From contig JASFYO010000007.1 of assembly GCA_045047305.1 (NCBI GenBank), positions 31,301-95,300 on the forward strand: a stretch of DNA of 64,000 nt, in the 5' to 3' direction. The notes below the pieces were generated by a model. The model had not been told where the DNA came from and made no database searches. It saw only the letters and a program-made list of their open reading frames with translations. The DNA comes from Planctomycetota bacterium (GTDB lineage: Bacteria > Planctomycetota > UBA1135). Positions 28,781 to 38,725 of the stretch are shown piece after piece (position 1 is the first letter of the stretch; each line of letters opens with the position of its first letter). Made by a program: the position numbers and the translations under genes.

Positions 28781-29980
28781 TCACCAGTTTTCCACCCAGC
28801 GTGGTAGAACGGCGGCGGAAGTAAATCTTCTTTGCGCTAAGGCTTTCGACCGCGCGCGCATGCCTTCAAGGCCATCCCGCTCTGCATAGGCTTTACGAAT
28901 TACAGCGGCAAGACGCGCGGGGTCGTTCTGCGGAGCGTGATAACCAATGCGCTCTTTCTTAACCATCTGTGCAAGCTCGCTTTCCGCTTCAATCACCAGA
29001 AGTATGGGAGCCCCCACGCCAAGATAGGTCATGGTTTTACTTGGATAGGCGTAGCGGAAGATGTCTGGGTTTAAGGTAATCAATCCGAGGTCCGCAGTTT
29101 TGATGACGTGCACTGCATTTTCAATCGGTTGGTAGCCATGAAAGAAAATGCTCTGGTTTAAATGTTGACCAGCTAGTTCTTCCAAAGAAAGGCGGCCGGC
29201 ACCATCACCGAGAAGATCAAAACGTATGGCTGGGATGTCATCCAGCAGCGCCATGGCCTCGATGATGGTTTCCAAGCCCTGAAACCGGCCGAGGTTTCCA
29301 GCGAAAAGAATACGGAAACTGCCTTCTGGTTTTTCGAGGCCGTCTGGCATAGAGCCTTCGCCGTCGAAGGATTCCAGTTGGAAGTTGTTAAGGATTTCCA
29401 CGTTATCGGTTGAGAGTCCGCGGGCAGCTATGGCATCGCGCATGTCGCTGGAAAGGACGATGACACGTTCTGCCCTTGCGCAGTTATTGCAGTCAATGCG
29501 AGCTAATAAATTTGTGAGAAACCCCTTCTTTGCCATTCCTGAAGTGATGGCAATCTCCGGGTAGATATCCATCATGTGGTAGAAAAACTTACCACCACGA
29601 AAGTGCGCGGACTTACGTGCGGCGGCAGCAACCAACACCGGGGGCATCGTCGATGCCATTACCGTGTCATACCGATTCTTCTTGCGGCGGAAAAGAATAT
29701 GCGCAGTGATCGCGCACATGAACAACAACATGTTGAGCCCACGCATGACAAAGTTGCGCTTAGATTCGGGTAGGAGCCGAATGCGGCGTACCCGAAACCC
29801 ATCGAGATCTTGGCGCCGTGGCATTTTGCGCTCGGCGGTTGCTTTGGTGTACGACGGTTGCGCCGAGAGCACGGTGACATCGTGGCCGTCGGCAGCAAGT
29901 TGTGCTCCAATCGACCGCAACATGGATGCATACGGCGGGGAATCCGGCCAGAACCAGCGATGGATCAGGAGGATTTTCAA
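28781..29980 (-). CDS. GT4 glycosyltransferase, WbuB-like (putative L-FucNAc transferase)
   Basis: FWPD, QPSY, MDIYPE, FAGNLGRFQGLE and PSK motifs; directly downstream of fnlABC. Confidence 0.82.
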   Translation of the reverse strand: MKILLIHRWFWPDSPPYASMLRSIGAQLAADGHDVTVLSAQPSYTKATAERKMPRRQDLDGFRVRRIRLLPESKRNFVMRGLNMLLFMCAITAHILFRRKKNRYDTVMASTMPPVLVAAAARKSAHFRGGKFFYHMMDIYPEIAITSGMAKKGFLTNLLARIDCNNCARAERVIVLSSDMRDAIAARGLSTDNVEILNNFQLESFDGEGSMPDGLEKPEGSFRILFAGNLGRFQGLETIIEAMALLDDIPAIRFDLLGDGAGRLSLEELAGQHLNQSIFFHGYQPIENAVHVIKTADLGLITLNPDIFRYAYPSKTMTYLGVGAPILLVIEAESELAQMVKKERIGYHAPQNDPARLAAVIRKAYAERDGLEGMRARSKALAQRRFTSAAVLPRWVENW

Positions 29981-29992
29981 AGCAAGCTCTGC

Positions 29993-31147
29993 CTAGGAGT
30001 CGCGGGTGAAGCCAGTTGGCATAGCCAGATTAGACCAGGCCCGATGCTGACGCGCCGTTCCAAGAATCAAGTTCAGCACACGCTGGGAAGTATTGGTGAC
30101 TTGATAATCAACCGGGACCTCCGGAACCTGCCCGTTAGCGTATTGCTTGATCGTTGCAGCAACCGCTTCGCATACGTTTTCGGCATCCAGTCCGCACACT
30201 GTGATGGTGCCAGTGTCCATCGCTTCTGGCCGCTCAATTGCCTGACGCAAAGTCACCGCCGGAAACTTCATCATCGCCGACTCTTCCGAGATGGTTCCGC
30301 TATCCGAAAGAGCGCACATGCAGTCTTGCTGGAGGCGGTTGTAGTCGAAGTATCCAAAGGGCTTAAGGAAGCAGATGTCCCCCTTCGGTTTTCCGCGACC
30401 AAGTTCGTTCAAGCGCTTTTGCGTGCGCGGATGGGTAGATACCAAAACTGGAACCTGGTACTCCTCGGCGAGGGCTTCCAGAGTATCGATCAACATGCCA
30501 AGCCGCTCTGGATGGTCCACATTTTCTTCACGGTGTGCGCTGACAATGAAGTATTTGCCTTTCTCCAACTGATGGTCTTCCAATATGGTTGAGGCGTTAA
30601 TCCCTTCGCGATATGTATTAAAAACTTCGCGTAACGGGGATCCAGTCACGTAAATCCGACGCGACTCACAACCTTCCTGCAGCAAGTGACGCCGCGCATG
30701 CTCGGTATATGCCAAATTGAAATCCGCCAAATGGTCAATCAGTTTGCGGTTAGTTTCTTCCGGCACGTTTGGATCGAAGCAACGGTTCCCGGCTTCCATG
30801 TGATAAACCGGAATCCGCATACGCTTGGCCATGATGGCGGCAATGGAACTGTTGGTGTCGCCGAGAACAAGAAAAGCGTCGGGCTGCTCTTTCAGTAGTA
30901 CTTTCTCTATCTCAATCAGGATGTTGCCAAGTACCGCGCCGAGAGAGCTGACATCCACTCCAAGGAAGTGGTCCGGCTTACGCACCTTTAGTTCTTCAAA
31001 GAACAGCTCGTTAAGTTCGTAATCCCAGTTCTGTCCGGTGTGCACCAAAACGTGGTCGGTGTGTTCATCAAGAGCCGAAAGCACACGCGACAAACGAATA
31101 ATCTCGGGCCGCGTGCCAAGACAGGTCATCACTTTTAACTGCTTCAT
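29993..31147 (-). CDS. fnlC: UDP-N-acetylhexosamine 2-epimerase (FnlC/WbjD/Cap5G-like)
   Basis: GTRPEIIRLS, HTGQN.D, GDTNS, HMEAGNRCFD.NVPEE.NR and SDSGTISEE. Confidence 0.88.
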   Translation of the reverse strand: MKQLKVMTCLGTRPEIIRLSRVLSALDEHTDHVLVHTGQNWDYELNELFFEELKVRKPDHFLGVDVSSLGAVLGNILIEIEKVLLKEQPDAFLVLGDTNSSIAAIMAKRMRIPVYHMEAGNRCFDPNVPEETNRKLIDHLADFNLAYTEHARRHLLQEGCESRRIYVTGSPLREVFNTYREGINASTILEDHQLEKGKYFIVSAHREENVDHPERLGMLIDTLEALAEEYQVPVLVSTHPRTQKRLNELGRGKPKGDICFLKPFGYFDYNRLQQDCMCALSDSGTISEESAMMKFPAVTLRQAIERPEAMDTGTITVCGLDAENVCEAVAATIKQYANGQVPEVPVDYQVTNTSQRVLNLILGTARQHRAWSNLAMPTGFTRDS

Positions 31148-32268
31148 CAAACGTTCTCCCAAACCGTGTCCGGCGCTTGCGGATTAAAAACTTCGTGCGA
31201 CCAAAACATGGTCAGTAAATCAGATTCGCCAACATTGGTGATTTCATGAGTGTGCAAAGTTGGCATATCGATGAATTGATGATGCTCTCCACTTACACGA
31301 AACTCCTCAATCTTGTCGTCGAATAGGCGACGGATGCGGATGACCGCCTCGCCCGATACCACCAAAAATCTTTCGACCTTATGGTAGTGGTAGTGATTGC
31401 CGCGCGTAATTCCTGGACGCGTGGTAGACAAGAAGGTCTGGCCACCATTGTCTTCGCGCACGGCTTCGAATAGCCAACCGCGATCGTCCGAATGGAGCTG
31501 GATGTCTACCGGAAAGCCTTGAGGGTAAAGCGCGGCGCGATAAGTATTAAACAAGCGCAGGTCCAAACGGTCGCGCAAATCGGGAATGGTATGCGCGGTG
31601 CGGTAGGACTCATGGAACGACTGCAGCTTCTTCAAAAGCACGGATGTCTTCATCTTTACCCCCGCCGGCCGCACCGTTTGCACAGGAACTCCACTGCGGT
31701 CGCTTAGGTGTTGCAGCGCCAAAGCCGCGACATCTGAGGCGTGGAGCAATTCCAAATCCCCGTCGACATGGATCTCTGGCTTTTCGTCCTGTGCAATTTG
31801 GGAGCAGAAAGTGTGCACCACGGAATTGTAAAACGGACGACCATGTTCGCCGAATACATGTGGCAAAATCATGTTGGTGAAGCGTCCGCCCTGCGAGCTT
31901 GCCCATTCTGCAATTACATCGGCAGCGTCACGCTTCGAGGCGCCATAGCGGCTATCTCCAAAACTATGGGTCGAGTTGGCGTACAGAATGTGTGGTTTGG
32001 TTTTTGATTCACGGCAAGCAGCAACCAAGTCTTTGGCAAGGTTTACATTTGCCGCGTAGACCTCTTCCTCTTCACCGCGATTCATTCCCGCGAGATGCAC
32101 GATGGCATCACATTGCTGGACAAAGTTCTGCCGTATCTTGGCGTCCGCAAATTCGGCGCGACCGGCAAGGATCACCTCCACGCCTTCTTCTTGTAAGTAC
32201 GCACAGCGCGCATGCCAACCAATCAGGCCGTAGGCGCCAGTGATTCCGATCCTCAACGAAGCGCTCAA
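31147..32268 (-). CDS. fnlB: SDR + cupin epimerase/reductase (FnlB/WbjC/Cap5F-like)
   Basis: ITGAYGLIG, HLAGMNR, YGASK, PFYNSVV and TRGNHYH.HKVERF cupin. Confidence 0.88.
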   Translation of the reverse strand: MSASLRIGITGAYGLIGWHARCAYLQEEGVEVILAGRAEFADAKIRQNFVQQCDAIVHLAGMNRGEEEEVYAANVNLAKDLVAACRESKTKPHILYANSTHSFGDSRYGASKRDAADVIAEWASSQGGRFTNMILPHVFGEHGRPFYNSVVHTFCSQIAQDEKPEIHVDGDLELLHASDVAALALQHLSDRSGVPVQTVRPAGVKMKTSVLLKKLQSFHESYRTAHTIPDLRDRLDLRLFNTYRAALYPQGFPVDIQLHSDDRGWLFEAVREDNGGQTFLSTTRPGITRGNHYHYHKVERFLVVSGEAVIRIRRLFDDKIEEFRVSGEHHQFIDMPTLHTHEITNVGESDLLTMFWSHEVFNPQAPDTVWENV

Positions 32269-32270
32269 AC

Positions 32271-33290
32271 TTACAACCCCGCCTCTTTCAAATCGCGGCG
32301 GATTTCCGGCAGAGTCATAAGCAATTGCTCGACAGCCGAAACATCTAACCGGTCCGTGTTATGCGAGGTGTAATCCTCTACATCCACATCTTTGGTATCG
32401 CCTTCCGTGAAAAACTTTCCGTAGTTCAGGTCGCGGCCATCCATCGATACGCGTAGGTAATCACCCATGTCTTCTGAACGTCGCAGTTCCTCCGCGCTTG
32501 CAAGAGCCTCATAAAGCTTTTCTCCATGCCGGATGCCAATCACGTTGACTTCATTGTCGGCCTTAAAGAGATTCTTCATGGCACTTACTAAATCGCCTAT
32601 CGTGCAGGCCGGAGCCTTGCGCACAAATAGGTCGCCTTGCTGTGCATGAGTGAAAGCAAACTCCACCAGATCTACTGCTTGGGCTAGCGGCATAAGAAAG
32701 CGCGTCATGGATGGTTCGGTCAGCGTCAATGCCTTGCCTTCCCGAATCTGCTTCGAGAACAAGGGAATCACCGATCCACGCGAATACATGACATTGCCAT
32801 AGCGCACGCAAGAAACTCGGGTTTCTGATTTCGATAACCCACGCGCAGCAGCCATCGCAACTTTCTCCATCAACGCCTTGGTCATTCCCATTGCATTCAC
32901 TGGATAGACCGCTTTATCAGTGGATAAACAAACCACACTCTCCACTTCTGCGGAAACTGCGGCGTCAATCACATGCCGACTGCCTTCCACATTGGTGCGC
33001 ACCGCCTCCATCGGGAAAAACTCACACGATGGCACCTGCTTTAGAGCAGCAGCATGAAAAACCATATTGACGTTTTTCATGACTCGCTGCACCGAGCCGG
33101 CATCACGGACGTCGCCAATGTAATACTTCAGGCGTTCATCTCCGTAATGGTTGCGCATGGCATCCTGCTTCGCCTCATCGCGACTGAAAATTCGAATCTC
33201 GCCTACGCCACGGCGCAACAGGCTGTCCACCATTGCTGTGCCAAAGGAGCCGGTCCCTCCGGTGATGAGGATGGTTTTGTTTTGCAGCAT
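32271..33290 (-). CDS. fnlA: UDP-GlcNAc 4,6-dehydratase/5-epimerase (FnlA/WbjB/Cap5E-like)
   Basis: ITGGTGSFG, FHAAALKQVPSCEFFP, LSTDKAVYPVNAMG, RYGNVM.SRGSVIP and GIRHGEKLYE. Confidence 0.92.
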   Translation of the reverse strand: MLQNKTILITGGTGSFGTAMVDSLLRRGVGEIRIFSRDEAKQDAMRNHYGDERLKYYIGDVRDAGSVQRVMKNVNMVFHAAALKQVPSCEFFPMEAVRTNVEGSRHVIDAAVSAEVESVVCLSTDKAVYPVNAMGMTKALMEKVAMAAARGLSKSETRVSCVRYGNVMYSRGSVIPLFSKQIREGKALTLTEPSMTRFLMPLAQAVDLVEFAFTHAQQGDLFVRKAPACTIGDLVSAMKNLFKADNEVNVIGIRHGEKLYEALASAEELRRSEDMGDYLRVSMDGRDLNYGKFFTEGDTKDVDVEDYTSHNTDRLDVSAVEQLLMTLPEIRRDLKEAGL

Positions 33291-33387
33291 GAGTCAAGGG
33301 CGCTACTTCGCCCAGCGCTATAGGTTAACGGAGCCGCTTTGATTCCACGGCCTTACTTCCTTGCCAAGAACACCTAAAATCACTCTT

Positions 33388-34719
33388 GTGAGGCGACCTT
33401 CCCTACGCAAACTTGCCGTCCCCGCCTTGCTTGGCGCCGGGATTGTGGCAACGCTGGGCCGAGAGGTGGTTTTTGCACTTGGCCTTGGCAGTGGCTCTGA
33501 CCTCGAAGTTTTCCGCCTCGCCTTTGGCGCACCCAACATGATGGGCCAATCCTTGGCTCCCACCTTTGTTGGCGTGATGCTCCCACTCCTAGCTCATGCC
33601 GCGCAACAAGGACCAGATCAAGCGGCGAGAATGCGCCAGCGGATCCTGCGTTTCAACGTTCTCGGCGTAGCCTTGCTCTGCGTACTTGGGATCCTGACTG
33701 CTGGCCCCCTTAGCCGAATCTTAGCGCCGGGCTACCAAGGCGACGCGTTGCAGCAGGTCGTTGATCAACTGCGGATTTTATGGTTATTCTTCGGATTGAC
33801 CGGCTTGTCGTTTTCCGCACGTACTTTTCTAAATCAACGTGATGTTTTCTGGCCCGGCGCATCCACCAGCCTGGCGGTTTCTCTCTGCTTTGTGGTATCC
33901 GGTTTGGGTGTCGCCTATGGCGTATTGCCCAAAGGAGCGGCCTCCCTTTCTTGGGCCGCAGTCGCGGGCGGCGGCATTGTGTTACTACTACAAATCCAGG
34001 CCAAACCCTATCGCCGCTCCGACTTTATTCGGCCCAAGCCAACCAAGGAAGTTCAAGTCCCTCTTTTATGGCCGATGCTCGGCGCCCTATGCGCCACGGT
34101 TTCGGCATCGGCACCACGCTTCCTGGATCGCGCCTATGCCAGCTCGATGCCTTCAGGCTCAGTAGCGGCACTCGAATATAGCTACAACGTATTAGCGGCA
34201 CCTGGAATCCTTCTTGGCACTTCCTTTGTCATGGTGGTTTTCCCTGCCTTCGCCCGCGGCGTTGCCTCTGGATTGCCGCGCCTCGCTGCCAAAAAGGTCT
34301 TGCCCGCCTTTTGCTGGACCACGGGCGGAGCTTTGGCCATCAGCCTTTTGGTGCATGCATACGCAGATCCACTGGTGGCCCTCTTCTACCAACGAGGGGC
34401 CTTCGACCAATCCGCTGCCGCCGCCACTGCCGACATCCTTCGCTGGCAATGCCTTGGCATGATGCCAATGGTCGCTGGCATGATCATTGCCCAAGGCTTT
34501 CTTGGCCTGCGCATGATCCGTTTTCTCCTGCTTCTCAGTTTCGTGCGCATCGCACTGCGCTGGGTTGCTCTCGAGTGGTTTATTCCACGTATGGGCCTAG
34601 AGGGCTTGGGGTTGGCTTACACTTTCACCGAGGCCATCGCACTCCTTGCAGCAGTCCTCCTTTTTCTACGACGCCTCCCGCCTGATTCCTCCGCGTCCAC
34701 AGTTTCCAATCCAGCATGA
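33388..34719 (+). CDS. MurJ/MviN-like MOP flippase
   Basis: About 12 TM, LGRE...FALG, DRAYAS.MPSGSVAALEY and LFYQRGAFD; start set at GTG 33388. Confidence 0.8.
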   Translation: MRRPSLRKLAVPALLGAGIVATLGREVVFALGLGSGSDLEVFRLAFGAPNMMGQSLAPTFVGVMLPLLAHAAQQGPDQAARMRQRILRFNVLGVALLCVLGILTAGPLSRILAPGYQGDALQQVVDQLRILWLFFGLTGLSFSARTFLNQRDVFWPGASTSLAVSLCFVVSGLGVAYGVLPKGAASLSWAAVAGGGIVLLLQIQAKPYRRSDFIRPKPTKEVQVPLLWPMLGALCATVSASAPRFLDRAYASSMPSGSVAALEYSYNVLAAPGILLGTSFVMVVFPAFARGVASGLPRLAAKKVLPAFCWTTGGALAISLLVHAYADPLVALFYQRGAFDQSAAAATADILRWQCLGMMPMVAGMIIAQGFLGLRMIRFLLLLSFVRIALRWVALEWFIPRMGLEGLGLAYTFTEAIALLAAVLLFLRRLPPDSSASTVSNPA

Positions 34720-35609
34720 GTTCGCCTCCAGAATCCAACTACCGACCCGTGGTGATTCTCGGTGCTGGCCGCTCGGGCACCAACATGTTGCGCGATGTGT
34801 TGTGCAGCTTGCCAAACTACGGCACCTGGCCCTGCGATGAAATCAACTACATCTGGCGTCATGGCAATAAGCAGTGTGCGGTGGACGAATTCTCAGCTGA
34901 CCTCGCGCGACCAGACGTGCAACGTTTTGTGCAACGCGCCTTTCGGGCCTGCGCAGCGCGAGAGTCTTGCACCCATGTTGTAGAGAAAACATGTGCGAAT
35001 ACTCTGCGTGTGGAATTTGTTGCAGCCACGCTTCCTGAAAATGCCCGATTCCTTCACATTGTCCGTGATGGCCAAGATGTCATGGCAAGCGCTGGGCGAC
35101 GGTGGAAGGCGGAATTGGACATTCCGTATTTGCTGAAGAAAACGCGGTTTGTGCCATTCTTCGATTTGCCTTATTACGCTTTTCGTTATTTGGGCGCACG
35201 CATGCATCGCCTCTTTGACCGCGAAGGCAAGGTTTCCTTTTGGGGTCCTCGCTATATCGGCATGGAAAAAGATTTGCAAAGCAAAAGCCTAATGGAGGTT
35301 TGTGCCTTGCAATGGAAACGTTGCGTGGAACGGTCCATGGAAGGCTTGACCACCTTAGACCCGGACCGGGTTTTACATTTACGCTATGAGGACTTCGTCG
35401 AGAATCCGGTAAAGCAGCTTGAACGCATCGCATCCTTTTTAGGCGAAGGTTGGACGCACGATCTTATTCGTGAAGCAGTAACCGGTGTTTCCAAAGGCAG
35501 TGTTGGCAAAGGAAGGCGCAAGGCCGATGCCGAACGCCAAGCCATCGTCGAGCGCGATGTTCAGCCCTTAATGGATGAGCTCAACGCTGACCCTCGGTTT
35601 TCAGAATAG
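34716..35609 (+). CDS. Sulfotransferase family protein
   Basis: ILGAGRSGTNML, VEKT, HIVRDG.DV..S and LRYEDFVENP. Confidence 0.88.
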   Translation: MSSPPESNYRPVVILGAGRSGTNMLRDVLCSLPNYGTWPCDEINYIWRHGNKQCAVDEFSADLARPDVQRFVQRAFRACAARESCTHVVEKTCANTLRVEFVAATLPENARFLHIVRDGQDVMASAGRRWKAELDIPYLLKKTRFVPFFDLPYYAFRYLGARMHRLFDREGKVSFWGPRYIGMEKDLQSKSLMEVCALQWKRCVERSMEGLTTLDPDRVLHLRYEDFVENPVKQLERIASFLGEGWTHDLIREAVTGVSKGSVGKGRRKADAERQAIVERDVQPLMDELNADPRFSE

Positions 35610-36898
35610 GCCCAACAAAGTATGAAACCGATAAGCAAGAATCCAACTCCTGCTGATATCGGTTCTCTTAATGGAGTGCGTAGATTGCAGCTAATCAACA
35701 GTAAGCCTACCACTGGAGCTGCAGCGGCTTGCGCGGCCGTACGTAACAAAAGTGGTGTTTCTGCGGGCCTCTTGGATAACCGCAGTGAAGCGATTAGTAA
35801 TTTCGGCACCTGCCAGAGCGCCGAGAAAACAATCGTGCAAAAACTAATCAACGCCAAGGGCCCTCCGCGAGCCAAAATATCGATGTAAGTATTGTGCGCA
35901 CTCTTGGCAACCACACCAGCTTCAGGGTCCGCAATGCTTGGTGGCAACAAACGAAGGCCGGTCCATGGATGACGTTCGACTAAACCCCAATAGCTTTCCA
36001 TAACCTCGGCACGGGGGCCAAACATTCCACGTAAGGTGGTTTCTCCATAACTTGCAAAGGTATCGTGCAATTTATGTAAGAGTAATAGGTTGCCATCGGC
36101 CAAAAGCAAACAAAGAAAAACCAAGCTCGCTGATCCTGTAGACAAATAAAGCAAGCCACGAAATCCGCCGCACCACCAGGCGATAAAGGGAGACGCTAGC
36201 AAATACATGAGCGCTGGATCACGGGCGCCTGTAAGCAATGGAACCATGGCCGCTCCAAAAAGAAAAAACCACGCGCCCTTCCTTTGCTGCTGCAAAGCTT
36301 TTGTTCCAGCGACAAACAAACTTACCAAGGTCAAGCTCACCGGAACATAGTTGTAAAGCTGATAAGTGCCTGGTAAATATGCGTTCTGGGTCATGCGCCC
36401 AGGGAATCCTCCGCTGGCAATAACCTCGATGAGAAATAATCCACACAGCCACAAAAGTGCGAGGCCGGTTCCGCAGCAAAGGCCAGAAAGCAAACTTTCA
36501 AGCCGACCTTGGCTTTGTGCAACCACGGCCACATAAACCACTAAGAGCACCGGCGCAATCCACTGCACCGCATAAAGCAAGGCTTGATAATCGAGTTGTG
36601 CACCAAGCACTCCCAAAAAAAGGACCCACGCACAAAATACGGTAACCCCAATTTTTGGAATCAAATCAAGTCGGACTCGCTTGACCATCGCCGGCAGGTC
36701 TGGAAGCAGAAAAAAGATTGCAACCAGAAAGCCGATTGGAATGCCAAGACCCACCGGCGCATCTTCGGGTTCTGCGTATAAGCCAAACGACCCATATATC
36801 TGGAAGAAAATGGGGAGAGGGACCAAAATCCCAAACCACCAATCGCGCCCTCTTCCAACGGTTAACTTCCCTTCAACCATGCCGTTGGATTGTATCAA
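35561..36898 (-). CDS. O-antigen ligase/Wzy-like polytopic membrane protein
   Basis: 10-12 TM, TGAR and SAHNTYIDIL (WaaL-type HN motif). Confidence 0.7.
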   Translation of the reverse strand: MIQSNGMVEGKLTVGRGRDWWFGILVPLPIFFQIYGSFGLYAEPEDAPVGLGIPIGFLVAIFFLLPDLPAMVKRVRLDLIPKIGVTVFCAWVLFLGVLGAQLDYQALLYAVQWIAPVLLVVYVAVVAQSQGRLESLLSGLCCGTGLALLWLCGLFLIEVIASGGFPGRMTQNAYLPGTYQLYNYVPVSLTLVSLFVAGTKALQQQRKGAWFFLFGAAMVPLLTGARDPALMYLLASPFIAWWCGGFRGLLYLSTGSASLVFLCLLLADGNLLLLHKLHDTFASYGETTLRGMFGPRAEVMESYWGLVERHPWTGLRLLPPSIADPEAGVVAKSAHNTYIDILARGGPLALISFCTIVFSALWQVPKLLIASLRLSKRPAETPLLLRTAAQAAAAPVVGLLLISCNLRTPLREPISAGVGFLLIGFILCWAYSENRGSALSSSIKG

Positions 36899-36939
36899 TC
36901 ACCCCTACCGTACATCCGAAGCTATGCAACAATAGCCCC

Positions 36940-37575
36940 GTGACTCCCGTTCAGACTTGTTGCAAGAGAGGCCTCGACATCGTGATCGCCTTTGCTGGGC
37001 TGATTTTCGCTGGATGGTTGATTTTGCTTGCCGCAATCTGCGCACGGATTAGCTCTGGAGGCAGCGGCTTTTTTCGCCAAGAAAGGATAGGCCGACATGG
37101 CAAAACCTTCCGCATTGCCAAGCTGCGAACGATGAAGTTTGTGAACGGAAGGCAAACCACGGCCACCGCAGCAGACGACCCACGGATTACCCGCGTCGGC
37201 GTAATCTTGCGTAAAACCAAAATCGATGAATTGCCTCAATTATGGAATGTGCTCGTTGGAGACATGAGCCTTGTTGGCCCGCGACCTGATGTGCCGGGAT
37301 ACGCAGATCAGCTGGTTGGGAAGGACCGCGACATCCTCCAATTGCGGCCTGGCATCACCGGCCTCGCATCCTTGGTTTTTCATGATGAAGAGGCCTTATT
37401 AGCCAGCGTGGATAATCCAGAAAAGTTCAATTCAGATGTAATTTTTCCCGCAAAGGTCCGATTGAACCTACGATACTTAGAAGAGTTCACATTGAGACGC
37501 GATTTCGTGTACATTCTTGCCACTTTCGCGCCATGCCTTCGCGCCCGTGTCGCGCCAGCCTTCACCGCCCCTTAA
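36940..37575 (+). CDS. Monotopic phosphoglycosyl transferase (PglC/WcaJ C-terminal-like sugar transferase)
   Basis: KRGLDI, FRQERIG, KLRTM, LRKTKIDELPQLWNVLVGDMSLVGPRP and PGITG; start set at GTG 36940. Confidence 0.9.
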   Translation: MTPVQTCCKRGLDIVIAFAGLIFAGWLILLAAICARISSGGSGFFRQERIGRHGKTFRIAKLRTMKFVNGRQTTATAADDPRITRVGVILRKTKIDELPQLWNVLVGDMSLVGPRPDVPGYADQLVGKDRDILQLRPGITGLASLVFHDEEALLASVDNPEKFNSDVIFPAKVRLNLRYLEEFTLRRDFVYILATFAPCLRARVAPAFTAP

Positions 37576-37582
37576 GCCATTC

Positions 37583-38725
37583 TTGGAACGCATCTACCTC
37601 TCTCCGCCGCACATGGGTGCAGCCGAGCGCGAGCTATTGCTTGATGCCTTCGACTCCAATTGGATTGCCCCCCTTGGCGAACACGTCGATGCCTTCGAGG
37701 CCGAGTGTTCGGCTTACTTAGGCGCAAAGGATGCTGCGGCATTATCCAGTGGAACCGCCGCGATTCACCTTGCTTTCGTGCTACTCGGAATTGGTCAAGG
37801 CGATCGCGTTTACGCACCGTCCTTTACCTTTACCGCAAGCGTAAATCCTATCCTTTATGTTGGCGCCACTCCGGTACTGATTGACTCTGAAGCAGACACT
37901 TGGGGCATGGACCCGGAGCTGGTCGCAGAAGAGTTGGAAAAAGATGCGCGTGAAGGAACCCTTCCAAAAGCTGTCATGGTCGTGCACATATACGGCCAGG
38001 CCTCCAAGCTAGAGGAAATTGCATTGCTTTGTGCCAAATACGGCGTCACCTTAATTGAAGATGCCGCAGAAGCTCTCGGAACACTCCACGCTGGAAAGCA
38101 TGTTGGCACCACTGGCCGGATTGGCCTGTTTTCCTTCAACGGCAATAAAATCATCACCACTTCGGGTGGTGGGCTTCTCGTTTCCGACGATGTAAAACTC
38201 GTGGCAAAAGCTCGCCATCTTGCCAGCCAAGCGCGAATGCCTGGGGCAGGATATGAGCACGATGCACTCGGCTACAACTACCGTCTTTCGAATCTGCTTG
38301 CTGCTGTTGGGCGCGGCCAATTGCAGAACATCGAATCACGTGTGGCAGCACGTCGCGCAAATTTCGAAGACTACCAGGCCCGTTTAGGCCAAGTCCCAGG
38401 CCTTTCCTTTTTGGAGGAGCCTAAGGGTGACCGTGGAACCCGTTGGTTAAGCGTGGTCCGCATAGACCCTGAGGTGTTTGGTGCAAAGCCGGCAGAAATT
38501 CAAGCCGGCCTCGAAAGGCATAACATTGAGAGTCGCCCGCTGTGGATGCCAATGCACATGCAATCGATATTCCGTGATGCACGCATGGTGGGCGGAAGTG
38601 TCTGTGAAGAGTTATTCCGCACCGGACTATGTTTGCCTAGTGGATCGGCGCTTAAACCTGAAGATCGAGAACGAGTTGCTAGTGCCGTAGTGGCGCACGC
38701 TGCTCCAAGCATCGGTTCCAAGTAA
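37583..38725 (+). CDS. DegT/DnrJ-family sugar aminotransferase (PglE/EpsN-like)
   Basis: IYLSPPHM, SSGTAAIHL, IEDAAEALG, SFNGNKIITTSGGG and GYNYRLSN; start uncertain (TTG 37583). Confidence 0.9.
   Translation: MERIYLSPPHMGAAERELLLDAFDSNWIAPLGEHVDAFEAECSAYLGAKDAAALSSGTAAIHLAFVLLGIGQGDRVYAPSFTFTASVNPILYVGATPVLIDSEADTWGMDPELVAEELEKDAREGTLPKAVMVVHIYGQASKLEEIALLCAKYGVTLIEDAAEALGTLHAGKHVGTTGRIGLFSFNGNKIITTSGGGLLVSDDVKLVAKARHLASQARMPGAGYEHDALGYNYRLSNLLAAVGRGQLQNIESRVAARRANFEDYQARLGQVPGLSFLEEPKGDRGTRWLSVVRIDPEVFGAKPAEIQAGLERHNIESRPLWMPMHMQSIFRDARMVGGSVCEELFRTGLCLPSGSALKPEDRERVASAVVAHAAPSIGSK

Noticed and set aside
28620..28783. Read-through of the wbuB-like TGA into a further open stretch
   Set aside because: The protein is already full length for GT4, and there is no Sec-type context or recognisable hairpin
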